A stretch of DNA of 64,000 nt from Spirochaetota bacterium (GTDB lineage Bacteria; Spirochaetota; UBA4802; JAFGDQ01): positions 1 to 64,000 of the forward strand of contig JAZDKB010000043.1 of NCBI GenBank assembly GCA_043803405.1, read 5' to 3'. The notes below the pieces were generated by a model. That model worked only from the letters and a program-made list of their open reading frames with translations. It did not search any database and was not told where the DNA came from. This document shows, piece after piece, positions 28,722-38,950 of the stretch. The stretch's first letter is position 1; the number at the start of each line of letters is the position of its first letter. The position numbers were made by a program, and so were the translations under genes.

Positions 28722-30992
28722 ATGCTGTTATCAAATGATAAGCCTGTAAAAAGCTGTAAAATTTTTCTAATGATTCTGGTAACTATATTTTTAACAGCAT
28801 GCACTCAAGATTCCGGTAATAACGATTCCGGTTCAATGACGATCCCTAATGCGCCCGGCGGATTATCGCCGGAAGTGATTTCCAATTCGCAGATAAAGCT
28901 GACCTGGTCCGACAACTCCGGCAATGAAGCAGGATTTAGAATTGAACGCGCGCCTGATAACGGTGGCCATGCAGGGGCTTACGCCGAAATAAGCGCTATT
29001 TCCGCGAATAACGCGTCCTATACGGATTCGGGATTAGAAAATGAAACTGCCTATTATTACCGCATTCGCGCTTATAATGTACTAGGCAATTCGGATTATT
29101 CTAATGAAGCAAAAATAATCACGCCTCCGTTTTACTTAAAGGCTTATTATGTTAACTTCGAAGGAGGGGATGACCTGAAAGACGGTACTGCGGAAGAAAA
29201 AGCATGGAAACATGCTCCGGGAGATCCCAAAGCCGAAGGTATTCCTGCGACAATTGCTTTACAGCCAGGGGACATGATACTGTTTAAAGGAGGAGTACAA
29301 TACAGGGGAAGCATTACTGTTAATGCAGGCGGAACATCCGTAAATCCGATTATTTTTAAAGGCGATGGATGGGGCAGCGAAAAAGCTATACTCGAAGGAT
29401 CAGAGGTGCTATCGGGATGGACTCAATGCGCATTCGCTGACGATTGCGGAGGGAATGCCAATTACGCGAATATTTATTATACATATATACAGCCGGATAT
29501 TATGCCGGACAGCCTTGCCTGCACTGCCTTTACTGTTAATCTGCACGAGAATAACGAATTTTGCTGGCTGGCCCAGAGCCCTGATTTGCCTGATCCGTTT
29601 TACAGGGATCAGATCAGCTACTTTTATACTTTGCCTGCCGGAATTATGCAAACAACCTCTCTAAGCGACCCGGATATTTTTAATCAGAGCGAATCAGATT
29701 ACTGGGACGGCTCATCTGTAATGCTATGGATAACGCCAAACATTGTGGTTACACGCGCTATAAAATCATTTATCCCTGCTACTAATACTATTACTTATGA
29801 TGATGTCGAAGGCGGCGGTGTTTATACTGACCGCGGGACTTATTATTCCATTATTAACAGCATTCATGCCCTGGATAAGCCGGGCGAGTATTACTTTAAC
29901 TCTGTGCCGGAAGCGGACGGAAGCCATAAGGTATATTTATGGCCGAATGATACAGGCAATCTGAATAATAAGATTGAAGTTTCAGTGCGTAATTATGGTA
30001 TCAATATATCCAATAACAGCAATCTTGTGATAGAAGGATTTACTGTGCAAAAGTACAGCGGGGGCGGTTTGACAGACTGCGGTATAGGCAGCGTCACTGC
30101 GGCATCGACAAGCAAAGCCTATATAACAGTAAGGAATAATTACATAAGACACAATTCCCATACATCCGGCGGATATGGTGGGGTTTATCTTAGCCATTGC
30201 GATAATAGTATAATTGAGGACAACGTTATAGAAGAAAATGTGTTAACTACAGGATTATGTGTAACAGCTTCAGACCGCGCTATTACGCGCGGCAACATAA
30301 TACGCAGGCCCGGGCATACGGGTATGTGGTATTTCGGCAACACGAACAGCCAGATTGTCAATAACACAGTTAACGAAGTTTATGGTACTCACGGGAATGG
30401 CATTACGTGTTATTTATCGTGCAAAAATATTCTGATCGCATGGAACAAGCTGTTCGAGGCAGGCTCGGGATTTACTTTGCAGGCTTCTGCAAATATGTAT
30501 TTTTACAGGAATCTTGTAGATGCGAATGACGGAGACAGCAATGTCAATGAATGGGGAGGAACTGCTCCGGCAGGCGGGGGCGTAATTGCGTTTCTGAATA
30601 ATATATTTGTGCGTAATAACAGGAATGCTTCTTTGAATATGGGCGGGACAACCGGCTGCACTTATGTAGTAAAAAACAATATCATTGATGGCGGTGGTAC
30701 AGGCAATAGGAGCCATAATATTTATGCCGGCCTTCTCTGGAACCAGGAACCCGGTTATGGATGGTATCCGGCAGAAGGTGAAATAATCCAGACCGATTTA
30801 AATATGATATTTGCTGATCCTGACAACGGCGATTTTCATTTGAAAGCAGGCAGCCCTGCAATCGATACAGGCACTGATATATCAGCCTATCTTCCCATTG
30901 ACATATTCCCTGAAGTTGATTTTAACAGAGACGTTGACGGCAACTATGCTCCTGTTAACTGCCTGTATGATATCGGGGCTTACGAGTATTAG
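28722..30992 (+). CDS. Lipoprotein with FN3 domain and right-handed parallel beta-helix (polysaccharide lyase/adhesin-like)
   Basis: Lipobox FLTAC; FN3 LTWSDNSGNEAGFRIER...YYYRIRAYN; Asn-rich beta-helix repeats; C-terminal GDFHLKAGSPAID...DIGAYE. Confidence 0.82.
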   Translation: MLLSNDKPVKSCKIFLMILVTIFLTACTQDSGNNDSGSMTIPNAPGGLSPEVISNSQIKLTWSDNSGNEAGFRIERAPDNGGHAGAYAEISAISANNASYTDSGLENETAYYYRIRAYNVLGNSDYSNEAKIITPPFYLKAYYVNFEGGDDLKDGTAEEKAWKHAPGDPKAEGIPATIALQPGDMILFKGGVQYRGSITVNAGGTSVNPIIFKGDGWGSEKAILEGSEVLSGWTQCAFADDCGGNANYANIYYTYIQPDIMPDSLACTAFTVNLHENNEFCWLAQSPDLPDPFYRDQISYFYTLPAGIMQTTSLSDPDIFNQSESDYWDGSSVMLWITPNIVVTRAIKSFIPATNTITYDDVEGGGVYTDRGTYYSIINSIHALDKPGEYYFNSVPEADGSHKVYLWPNDTGNLNNKIEVSVRNYGINISNNSNLVIEGFTVQKYSGGGLTDCGIGSVTAASTSKAYITVRNNYIRHNSHTSGGYGGVYLSHCDNSIIEDNVIEENVLTTGLCVTASDRAITRGNIIRRPGHTGMWYFGNTNSQIVNNTVNEVYGTHGNGITCYLSCKNILIAWNKLFEAGSGFTLQASANMYFYRNLVDANDGDSNVNEWGGTAPAGGGVIAFLNNIFVRNNRNASLNMGGTTGCTYVVKNNIIDGGGTGNRSHNIYAGLLWNQEPGYGWYPAEGEIIQTDLNMIFADPDNGDFHLKAGSPAIDTGTDISAYLPIDIFPEVDFNRDVDGNYAPVNCLYDIGAYEY

Positions 30993-31234
30993 ACCTGGGG
31001 TAAATCCAGAGCGTCATTTCTATCAAATCTTCAAAGTACATAATATTATGGAATGAGCTCCAATAATCATTGGATTCGTGTCGCCATGTTTCCTGGAATG
31101 CAAGTTTTGAATTATTTTTGCTAATATTCTTTCTTCTGTAAAAAGCCCTAATATATTTTCTTGACAAAGAAATTAATCCGGCCAATGTCTGATTACCGGG
31201 CAGCATATCACATCTAATCTTACTTAAAATTATT

Positions 31235-32206
31235 ATGCGGAAAAATATTTTTAAAATACTGATCACTATTGTCTTATTGCTCTTGTATTTTTTCAGTTAT
31301 AATTCCCCTGAATCTAATGCTTATGAGAAGACATATCAGCTCGATGACGCAGGCAGGCACGAGTTCAGTTTTGATATTGACCAGTATTATACGAACATTG
31401 CTTATGTTTTTTCACTGACAGATAAGCCTATCCCGAAAGAAACTTACGCTAACGAACAGAGCCTTTATTATTATCTCGCAAGAAATATATACATGCCGAG
31501 ATTTGCCATTCTTGAAGCAAGCATTTATCCGCTGCCTCTTGCCGGTGTTTACATAAAAAAAAATACCGACTGGCAGGAGGAGACCCAGATCACAAAAAAT
31601 ATCAATGTGGTAAAGTCTGCAACTGCGGGTTTCCCCGAGCCATGGGCATTCTCATTCTTCCTGGGTAATGTTGTGGATTTTGTTAAGGAAAATAATGAAG
31701 TAGTAGGCAAGGGCTACAGCGGCCTTTTGTTAAGCTACGGCAACAAGCACATTGTAGACAACATAATGGTTGATGACAACTGGATGGAAGCGGAGCTGAA
31801 ACTAAAGGGTTCCGACGTAAGAAAAAAAAGAAACATTAGCTGGAGCTATGCCGTAGGATATAAGAAGCATTATAATCCGGACATCAAGGATGCGATATAT
31901 ATTTCTATAAAAAGAAACAGGATTGATTATTTTGTTGAAGGCGGGAATCCGGTATGGAATATATTTACGAAAAACAGCGAACAGGAATTCAGGCTGGATT
32001 TTGATCCTCAAAGGCTGAGCGAAGGAAAGATAACAAGGTATCTTTTTCTGTTCGGGAAAAAGTTCGTTGTAAATGAATATGTGGCTTTTTCATTCGGCAT
32101 TGGAGCATTAAAAACCGTGGCAAGCGGTTATTCAGGCAATTTAAAACAAAGAGTGGATGAGCACTGGTCATTAATATTCCGGCCCAATGTGCATATTAAT
32201 TTCTAG
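31235..32206 (+). CDS. Hypothetical exported protein, possible outer-membrane beta-barrel
   Basis: N-terminal hydrophobic signal; aromatic-rich strands; ends in VHINF. Confidence 0.6.
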   Translation: MRKNIFKILITIVLLLLYFFSYNSPESNAYEKTYQLDDAGRHEFSFDIDQYYTNIAYVFSLTDKPIPKETYANEQSLYYYLARNIYMPRFAILEASIYPLPLAGVYIKKNTDWQEETQITKNINVVKSATAGFPEPWAFSFFLGNVVDFVKENNEVVGKGYSGLLLSYGNKHIVDNIMVDDNWMEAELKLKGSDVRKKRNISWSYAVGYKKHYNPDIKDAIYISIKRNRIDYFVEGGNPVWNIFTKNSEQEFRLDFDPQRLSEGKITRYLFLFGKKFVVNEYVAFSFGIGALKTVASGYSGNLKQRVDEHWSLIFRPNVHINF

Positions 32207-32251
32207 ACCAACCGTCACCTCCGAATGGTCTTACTTTTACTGCATAATCCA

Positions 32252-32938
32252 TCAATGAGTTTTAAAATAATTAAACATATTCCACGGAGCTTTTGCAGGG
32301 GGCATGCTTTTAAAAGAAAGCTCTTCATTTGAAACAGGATGAGTAAACGCAAGTTCAACGGACCACAGTGCGAGCTGCTGCCCGGGTTTATTAAGAGCAG
32401 CGCCGTATTTCTGGTCTCCCCATAACGGATTACCTATGTGCGAAAACTGCGCCCGTATCTGATGAGGCCTGCCTGTATGAAGATCGATTTTGATGAGGCT
32501 CAGGTTTTCCGTATGTTCGATTTCTTCGTATAACAGCAGGGCAAGCTTTGCTCCTTTTGCAGATTCATCAGCTATGCTGACGATATTTGTACGCTCGTCT
32601 TTCAGCAGAAAATGTCTCAGCTTATCATCCGGCTTTTCCGGCTTTCCATTCACTACAGCAAGATAAATCTTTTTGAATCTGCCGGAACGCATTTGCTCCG
32701 ATAGCCGGGACGCGGCCTTGGATGTTTTTGCGAACGCCATTACGCCTCCTGCAGGCCTGTCCAGCCTGTGCACAAGGCCAAGATAAACATTGCCTGGTTT
32801 ATTATACCGTTTCTTTATATCTGCCTTAAGGAGAGTGAGCATATCGTCGTCATTCGACGAGTCCTTCTGGCTTGGGATGTTGACCGGCTTTTCAGCAACT
32901 ATGATATGATTGTCTTCGAATATTATGCGGATCTTCAT
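32252..32938 (-). CDS. RluA-family RNA pseudouridine synthase
   Basis: HRLDRP, TGRPHQIR, GDQKYG. Confidence 0.93.
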   Translation of the reverse strand: MKIRIIFEDNHIIVAEKPVNIPSQKDSSNDDDMLTLLKADIKKRYNKPGNVYLGLVHRLDRPAGGVMAFAKTSKAASRLSEQMRSGRFKKIYLAVVNGKPEKPDDKLRHFLLKDERTNIVSIADESAKGAKLALLLYEEIEHTENLSLIKIDLHTGRPHQIRAQFSHIGNPLWGDQKYGAALNKPGQQLALWSVELAFTHPVSNEELSFKSMPPAKAPWNMFNYFKTH

Positions 32939-33804
32939 TTTTCATTTTCCCACCTGCCGTATATGCCGCAGGGGAGAACCAGACCGGACGCTGTTACGGG
33001 CAGCCCTACTTCGCCTGTTTTTATCCGGCCGCCGAATTTTTTCTGTACAAGCATTTTAAGAATATTTTCGAGCACTGTTGGAGAAAAGCCGGTAGTGTAG
33101 GAATTCACTAAAAAGAAAAGCGGTTTGGGAGACATTATATCAAGGCATTGTTCAATGAGGGAGTACAATGCGTCTTCAAGTTTCCATACTTCGCCGTCAG
33201 GGCCCCTGCCGTAGGAAGGCGGGTCCATGATGAGCGCGTCGTACCGGCGGCCCCGTCTTTTTTCGCGCTTTACGAATTTGAACACATCGTCTGTTATAAA
33301 GCGCACCGGGTGATCCGCGAATCCTGAAAGAGTGAGGTTTTCCTTTGCCCAGCCGACCATGCTTTTTGCTGCATCCACGTGGCAGATCTCGGCTCCCGCT
33401 GAAGCTGCTGCTATAGTGGCAGCGCCTGTGTACGCGAAAAGATTAATGAGCTTAACAGGGGGCTCTGCTGATTTTATTTTATTCGTTATCCACTGCCAGT
33501 TTACAGCCTGTTCAGGGAAAATGCCTGTGTGTTTAAAATCAGTAGGCCTGATATAAAAGATTAAATCTTTATATGATATTGTCCACCGCGGGGGAAGGAG
33601 GCGTTTGAATTCCCATCTCCCTCCGCCTTTCTGGCTTCTGTGGTAATGAGCATCTGTATTGTCCCATACATTTGCTTCATTATGCGCAGGCCACAGCACC
33701 TGGGGGTCGGGCCTTCTGAGAATAAATTCGCCCCAGCGTTCGAGCCTTTCGCCATTGCCAGTGTCTATGAGTTCGTATTCTTTCCAGTCGTGTGCTATAA
33801 GCAT
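32935..33804 (-). CDS. Class I SAM-dependent RNA methyltransferase (RlmI/RlmK-like)
   Basis: NLFAYTG, HVDAAK, MDPPSYG; 4-bp overlap with the RluA gene. Confidence 0.88.
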   Translation of the reverse strand: MLIAHDWKEYELIDTGNGERLERWGEFILRRPDPQVLWPAHNEANVWDNTDAHYHRSQKGGGRWEFKRLLPPRWTISYKDLIFYIRPTDFKHTGIFPEQAVNWQWITNKIKSAEPPVKLINLFAYTGAATIAAASAGAEICHVDAAKSMVGWAKENLTLSGFADHPVRFITDDVFKFVKREKRRGRRYDALIMDPPSYGRGPDGEVWKLEDALYSLIEQCLDIMSPKPLFFLVNSYTTGFSPTVLENILKMLVQKKFGGRIKTGEVGLPVTASGLVLPCGIYGRWENEK

Positions 33805-34030
33805 TTGCGGGATATGCCTCTTTGCCTGTATAATTCATCGCGTTTATGTTTTATTATTCTGTCGGAAAATAAGCCGATAATTTTAAATGCAATATTACAT
33901 CTGACCTTTGTATCATTTTTACGGGATTCGTTTTTACAAATATTATTTTCGATATTCTTCAATATAGACTCATTCATTATTTTAAATAAAATTCTTTTTA
34001 ATGTTTGAGGAATCTAAATGTCCTCATATT

Positions 34031-36517
34031 TTACTTTACTACAACATTAACAAGCTTCCCGGGAACTACAATCACTTTTACTATTTTTTTATCTTTTGTG
34101 AACTCTTTAACGCGTTCATCTGCCAATGCGATCTTTTCCATTTCGTCTTTAGGGATGTCGGCAGCTACGTTTGCCTTTGAGCGAATTTTGCCGTTTACCT
34201 GGAACACGATCTCAATTTCGTTCTTTACGCAAAGCGCTTCGATATATTCCGGCCACCTGTGCGTAACAATCATCCCGCTCTCGCCAAGCATTTCCCACAT
34301 CTCTTCTGCAATATGCGGAACAAACGGAGCGAGCATTAGCACGAGCTTGTGGAAGATCTCTGAGAGTACAGCTTTGCCTGCGTCCGAGGCAAGTTCCCCG
34401 TCGCTTGTTTTGTAAACAGCGTTCACAAGCTCCATCATCCGCGCTATTGCTGTGTTGTACTGCATCCTTTCGCCTATGTCGTTGCTTACTGCTTTCACTG
34501 TTCTGTGAAGCTCGCCGCGCAGTTCGGTGAGAGCGGGTGTGAGGGCGAGCTTTGCCGGATCAGCGTTCTTTACATACACGGCGCCGTATTTGTCGACAAG
34601 CCTCCATATCCTGCTCAGGAATCTGAAGCAGCCTTCTACGCCCTTGTCCGACCATTCGAGGTCCTTGTCAGGTGGAGAAGCAAAGAGCATGAACGCGCGT
34701 ACTGTATCTGCGCCGTATTTGTCTATGATATCATCCGGGCTTACAGTGTTGCCCTTTGACTTGGACATTTTGTTGCCGTCCTTTATTACCATGCCCTGCG
34801 TTAAAAGCTTTTTGAATGGTTCGCCGTACGGAAGAATGCCGAGGTCGCGCATTACCTTTGTAAAGAATCGCGCGTATATAAGGTGCATGCAAGCGTGTTC
34901 CGGACCGCCTACGTACTGGTCAACAGGCATTTCTCTCTGCGCAACTTCCCTGCCTATGCACTCCTTGTCGTTTTTCGGGTCGCAGTATCTTACAAAATAC
35001 CAGGATGAGTCTACGAACGTGTCCATTGTGTCCGTTTCCCTGCGCGCATCGCCTCCGCATTCGGGGCACTTTGTTTTTAAGAATGATTTCGATGTTTCCA
35101 GCGGATTACCGCTTCCTGTGAATTCAATGTCTTTTGGAAGAACAACAGGAAGATTCTCGATTTTCTCCATAACTATGCCGCATTTGTCGCAGTATATTGC
35201 AGGTATGGGTGTGCCCCAGTAGCGCTGGCGCGAAATGAGCCAGTCTTTTAGCTTGTAATGAATGGACTTTTTGCCAATGCCTTTTGACTCCATCCAGTCA
35301 GCTATTTTTTCTATTGCTTCGATATTGCCTGTGCCGTTGAATTGTTCCGAATTAACAAGCACGCCTTCTTCTTCATAAGCGTCCTTCATATCTTCCAGTT
35401 TAAGGTTTTTATCCTTCGGCTGTATAACGATTATCATTGGCAGGTTGTACTTTGTCGCGAATGCGAAGTCGCGCGAGTCGTGTGTTGGTACTGCCATGAT
35501 CGCTCCTGTGCCGTAGTCCATGAGCACGTAATTGCCGAGGAATATGGGCACTTTGTTCCCGTTCACCGGGTTTACCGCAAGCACGCCCGTATCGACCCCT
35601 TCCTTTTCCAGCTGAAGCATGGTCTCCACTGTTTTATCTATTGTCCTGCATTTTTCCTGGAATGCTTCGATCTCTTTTTTCTTTTTAGCATCAACCATGC
35701 CTTTGATCTTTTCTACCATGGGATGCTCGGACGCGAGCACAACATAAGTTGCGCCGAAAATTGTGTCGCATCTTGTTGTGAACACAGGGATTTCCTCACC
35801 TGTCTTTGCTTCCTTAAAAAGAATAGTAACGCCTGTGCTGCGGCCAATCCAGTTCTTCTGCATGATTAGTACGCGTTCCGGCCAGTCGATTTCTTTATGG
35901 CCGTCCAGGAGTTCCTGCGAGTACGCTGTTGTTTTGAAGAACCATTGGGCGAGCTCCCGCTGTGTAACAGGATTTTCGCAGCGCCAGCATTTGCCGTCGT
36001 GTACCTGTTCGTTCGCAAGCACTGTTTTACAGTCGTCGCACCAGTTGACTGAGGAATTTTTCCTGTACGCAAGCCCTTTCTCGAAAAATTTTACAAAGAA
36101 CCACTGGTTCCATTTATAATAGCTTTCGTCGCATGTTGCGAATTCTCTTGTCCAGTCGTAAGATATGCCGAGCTTTTTAAACTGGCCGCGCGCGTGGTCA
36201 ATGTTCGAATAAGTCCACTCAGCAGGGTGTATTTTGTTCTTGATTGCAGCGTTCTCCGCAGGGAGGCCGAATGCGTCGTATCCCATCGGATGAATTACAT
36301 TAAAGCCCTGCATTCTCATGTAATTCGCGATTATATCGCCTATACAGTAAACCCGCACATGTCCCATGTGAAGATAGCCTGACGGGTAGGGGAACATCTC
36401 CATTACATAATATTTCTTTTTGGCAGAATCCTTCTTTGCCGTAAAGACGTCGGCATCCGCCCATTTCTTCTGCCACTTCTTTTCAATATCCTTAAAATTA
36501 TATTCCCTTTCCTGCAT
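34031..36517 (-). CDS. leuS: Leucine--tRNA ligase
   Basis: MFPYPSGYLHMGH (HIGH motif), KMSKS, DWLISRQRYWG. Confidence 0.99.
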   Translation of the reverse strand: MQEREYNFKDIEKKWQKKWADADVFTAKKDSAKKKYYVMEMFPYPSGYLHMGHVRVYCIGDIIANYMRMQGFNVIHPMGYDAFGLPAENAAIKNKIHPAEWTYSNIDHARGQFKKLGISYDWTREFATCDESYYKWNQWFFVKFFEKGLAYRKNSSVNWCDDCKTVLANEQVHDGKCWRCENPVTQRELAQWFFKTTAYSQELLDGHKEIDWPERVLIMQKNWIGRSTGVTILFKEAKTGEEIPVFTTRCDTIFGATYVVLASEHPMVEKIKGMVDAKKKKEIEAFQEKCRTIDKTVETMLQLEKEGVDTGVLAVNPVNGNKVPIFLGNYVLMDYGTGAIMAVPTHDSRDFAFATKYNLPMIIVIQPKDKNLKLEDMKDAYEEEGVLVNSEQFNGTGNIEAIEKIADWMESKGIGKKSIHYKLKDWLISRQRYWGTPIPAIYCDKCGIVMEKIENLPVVLPKDIEFTGSGNPLETSKSFLKTKCPECGGDARRETDTMDTFVDSSWYFVRYCDPKNDKECIGREVAQREMPVDQYVGGPEHACMHLIYARFFTKVMRDLGILPYGEPFKKLLTQGMVIKDGNKMSKSKGNTVSPDDIIDKYGADTVRAFMLFASPPDKDLEWSDKGVEGCFRFLSRIWRLVDKYGAVYVKNADPAKLALTPALTELRGELHRTVKAVSNDIGERMQYNTAIARMMELVNAVYKTSDGELASDAGKAVLSEIFHKLVLMLAPFVPHIAEEMWEMLGESGMIVTHRWPEYIEALCVKNEIEIVFQVNGKIRSKANVAADIPKDEMEKIALADERVKEFTKDKKIVKVIVVPGKLVNVVVK

Positions 36518-36560
36518 TTTATTGCTCCTGAATTAACTTAAAATGACTATTTTATGATGC

Positions 36561-36733
36561 CTACTGTTTTGACCGCAAGATCTTGATTCAAAAAATATTT
36601 TAAATTTTGCATAGAGTCACAGAGAGACGAAGTTTTTTCTTGGTTTTTATTATAAAAATAATTAATTTGCCTTCTCTGTGACTCCGTGCCTCTGTGGCAA
36701 AATCAATTTGAAGTTACCCGGTCGAGACACTAG
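36561..36733. mobile_element. 173-bp MITE-like element with imperfect terminal inverted repeats and CACAGAG-unit palindrome
   Basis: ctactgttttgaccg vs reverse complement of the right end ctagtgtctcgaccg (12/15); inner arms at 36609-36626 and 36672-36698. Confidence 0.65.
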
Positions 36734-36940
36734 TTCAGCATTTAGTAAATTATGAGGTATACCTGCTACTTTTATGCATCCTTCGTCAATTTATTTTTAT
36801 TTCAAGGCGTAATACCTCGATGCCTGCATCGATGATAATTATAAAAATTTAATTTTTTCTTAAAATATATTTGTTTCTGAATAACGATTATGATAATATA
36901 ATTTCCAGTAAAACCGGTACCTTGAAAAGGAGGGATCGCG

Positions 36941-37465
36941 ATGAATGAAAAAGAACGTTTGAATGCCCTGAAAGTGGCTCTTAATAACGAGACCAGGGAA
37001 AGAGAATTTTATCTTAAACATGCCGAAAGAACGAAAAACCCTCTTGGCAAAAAAATGTTTCAGCAAATAGGGGATGATGAACTGGAACACTATGAGAGGC
37101 TGAAACAGCTGCATCAAAAATGGATTAAGCAGGAAGCCTGGCCGGAAACTGTTCCTTTAAAAGTTAAGGATACAATTGTAAAAGACATTCTGCTTGAGTT
37201 TATAAAGAATGTTGATAAAACAGCCAAAGGAGATTCAGATGATTTGGCTGCCGTACGGACAGCGCTTGAATTTGAGGCTAAGGGATCAAAGTTCTATGCC
37301 GGGCTGCGCGACAGTGTAACGAATCCGAAAGAAAAGGATTTTTTTGATCTCCTGTCAAAAATGGAAAGCGAGCATTATGCTTCTCTAAGGGACACTGAAG
37401 AATACTTTATTGATCCTGCTTCCTGGTATAGAAAAACAGAACATCACATGTTTGACGGCGCATGA
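36941..37465 (+). CDS. Ferritin-like / rubrerythrin-family di-iron protein
   Basis: ALNNE...FY, DDELEHY, ALEFE...FY, MESEHY (ExxH pairs); GGAGG RBS. Confidence 0.88.
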   Translation: MNEKERLNALKVALNNETREREFYLKHAERTKNPLGKKMFQQIGDDELEHYERLKQLHQKWIKQEAWPETVPLKVKDTIVKDILLEFIKNVDKTAKGDSDDLAAVRTALEFEAKGSKFYAGLRDSVTNPKEKDFFDLLSKMESEHYASLRDTEEYFIDPASWYRKTEHHMFDGA

Positions 37466-37496
37466 CCGATTTATCTCTAAGACTTTGCCGCTTTTA

Positions 37497-38891
37497 TCAG
37501 TAATACAGGTCCCTTTCGCCGTGCTTAATGCGATCAAGCTTCTTTTGTACTTCTCCGCGGAAGCCATCACTGCCTATCATGGCAAGGTTTTTTTTAATCT
37601 GCTTTTCCCCGAATACGCGCGTCTCGGGCTCAGCATAATCCTCAAGATATTCCTGGAAAGTAAGCAGGGCATTCGGGCCGCATATCTTGCCTATTTCTCC
37701 TGTCTTTGCAAGAGCCATAAAACGGTCGCCAGTGCGCCCCTGCCTGTAGCACGCTGTGCAGAAACTCGGCAGGAACCCGTCCGTGCAAAGCTCCCTGTAA
37801 ATCTCGTTCGGCTTGCGCGAGTCATCAACCTGGAACTGTTTTGTATTTTCTTCTTTCTCGTCATCAGGCAGCTCTCTGTATCCGCCAACGCCTGTGCACG
37901 AACCTGCGGATATTTGTGAAACGCCGAGCTTCAGGAGACGGCGCCTTGCTTCCGCGCTTTCTCTCGTGGACAGTATTATTCCTGTATACGGCATCGCCAG
38001 CCTTACAAGAGCGATTATCTTCGCGAAGTCCGCATCGCTTACAAGATAAGGATATTTTTTCAGATCAACGCCCTGGGCAGGACGCAGACGCGGAACGGAA
38101 ACAGTGTGCGGGCCTACACCGAAGTCCGCCTCAAGCTGAGCGGCGTGCATCAAAAGTGCAATAAGCTCGTATCTGAAATCGTACAGGCCGAACAGAATGC
38201 CGGAGCCCACATCGTCAATGCCTGCCTCCATTGCCCTGTGAAACGCAGTGAGATGGTACTCGTAATCCGACTTCGGCCCTGCGGGATGATATCTCTTATA
38301 AGAATCCTTATGATAAGTCTCCTGGAACAGAATGTATGTGCCTATGCCCGCGTCTTTCAGTTTTCTGTAATCCTCAACAGTTGTTGCGGCGATATTTACA
38401 TTTACGCGCCGTATGTTCCCGTGCTCGTTCCGCACCTTGTAAATAGTCGCAAGCGATTCAAGGACATACTCAAGCGGATTCTCTTTGGGGTCTTCCCCTG
38501 TCTCGATAGCCAGGCGCTTGTGCCCCATTGCCTCAAGAGCCTGCACTTCAAGCGCAATCTCTTCCTGCGTAAGCTTGCGGCGGACAATGTCGCTTCCGCT
38601 GTGATATCCGCAGTATGTGCAGTGATTAATGCAGTAATTGGAAAGATACAGAGGCGCAAATATTACTATGCGGTTGCCGTAAATATCTTTCTTCACCTCT
38701 TCGGCTGTCTCGAATATTCTGGCGAGCGTTTCCTTGTCTTCGCACCACAGGAGCGTTGCCGTTTCCTGAATGCTGAGGCCCTTGCCCAGTTTGGCCTTTG
38801 CTATAATTTCGTCCAGCCCGCGCTGTTTTTTTCCTTCTTCAAGATACTCCAGTACTTTTTCATGATTGATAAAATTGTAATTGCTGTTCAT
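37497..38891 (-). CDS. hydG: [FeFe]-hydrogenase H-cluster radical SAM maturase HydG
   Basis: CINHCTYC, GPHTVSVPR, and C-terminal CTAC-x22-C auxiliary cluster motif, which distinguishes it from ThiH. Confidence 0.93.
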   Translation of the reverse strand: MNSNYNFINHEKVLEYLEEGKKQRGLDEIIAKAKLGKGLSIQETATLLWCEDKETLARIFETAEEVKKDIYGNRIVIFAPLYLSNYCINHCTYCGYHSGSDIVRRKLTQEEIALEVQALEAMGHKRLAIETGEDPKENPLEYVLESLATIYKVRNEHGNIRRVNVNIAATTVEDYRKLKDAGIGTYILFQETYHKDSYKRYHPAGPKSDYEYHLTAFHRAMEAGIDDVGSGILFGLYDFRYELIALLMHAAQLEADFGVGPHTVSVPRLRPAQGVDLKKYPYLVSDADFAKIIALVRLAMPYTGIILSTRESAEARRRLLKLGVSQISAGSCTGVGGYRELPDDEKEENTKQFQVDDSRKPNEIYRELCTDGFLPSFCTACYRQGRTGDRFMALAKTGEIGKICGPNALLTFQEYLEDYAEPETRVFGEKQIKKNLAMIGSDGFRGEVQKKLDRIKHGERDLYY

Positions 38892-38950
38892 GTTAATGTC
38901 TCTTTAACAAATTAATATTAGGCCCGGGCCTGTTTATTTTATTTTTTAAC

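Noticed and set aside
30955..31266. 103-aa minus-strand ORF / possible gene fragment
   Set aside because: Overlaps both flanking genes and has no recognisable RBS or family; cannot be supported without a search
33873..33880. Perfect GCCGATAA sigma28 -10 box
   Set aside because: No TAAA at the right distance and no plus-strand gene downstream
34527..35869. Plus-strand ORFs (231 and 175 aa) opposite leuS
   Set aside because: Antisense shadows of leuS
36518..36800. T-box riboswitch upstream of leuS
   Set aside because: No GGUGGnACC T-box or specifier stem; the region is explained by the MITE-like element
37497..38891. ThiH (tyrosine lyase for thiamine) assignment
   Set aside because: C-terminal CxxC-x22-C motif and the TM1266 neighbour indicate HydG
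38106..38915. 269-aa plus-strand ORF opposite hydG
   Set aside because: Antisense shadow with no motifs
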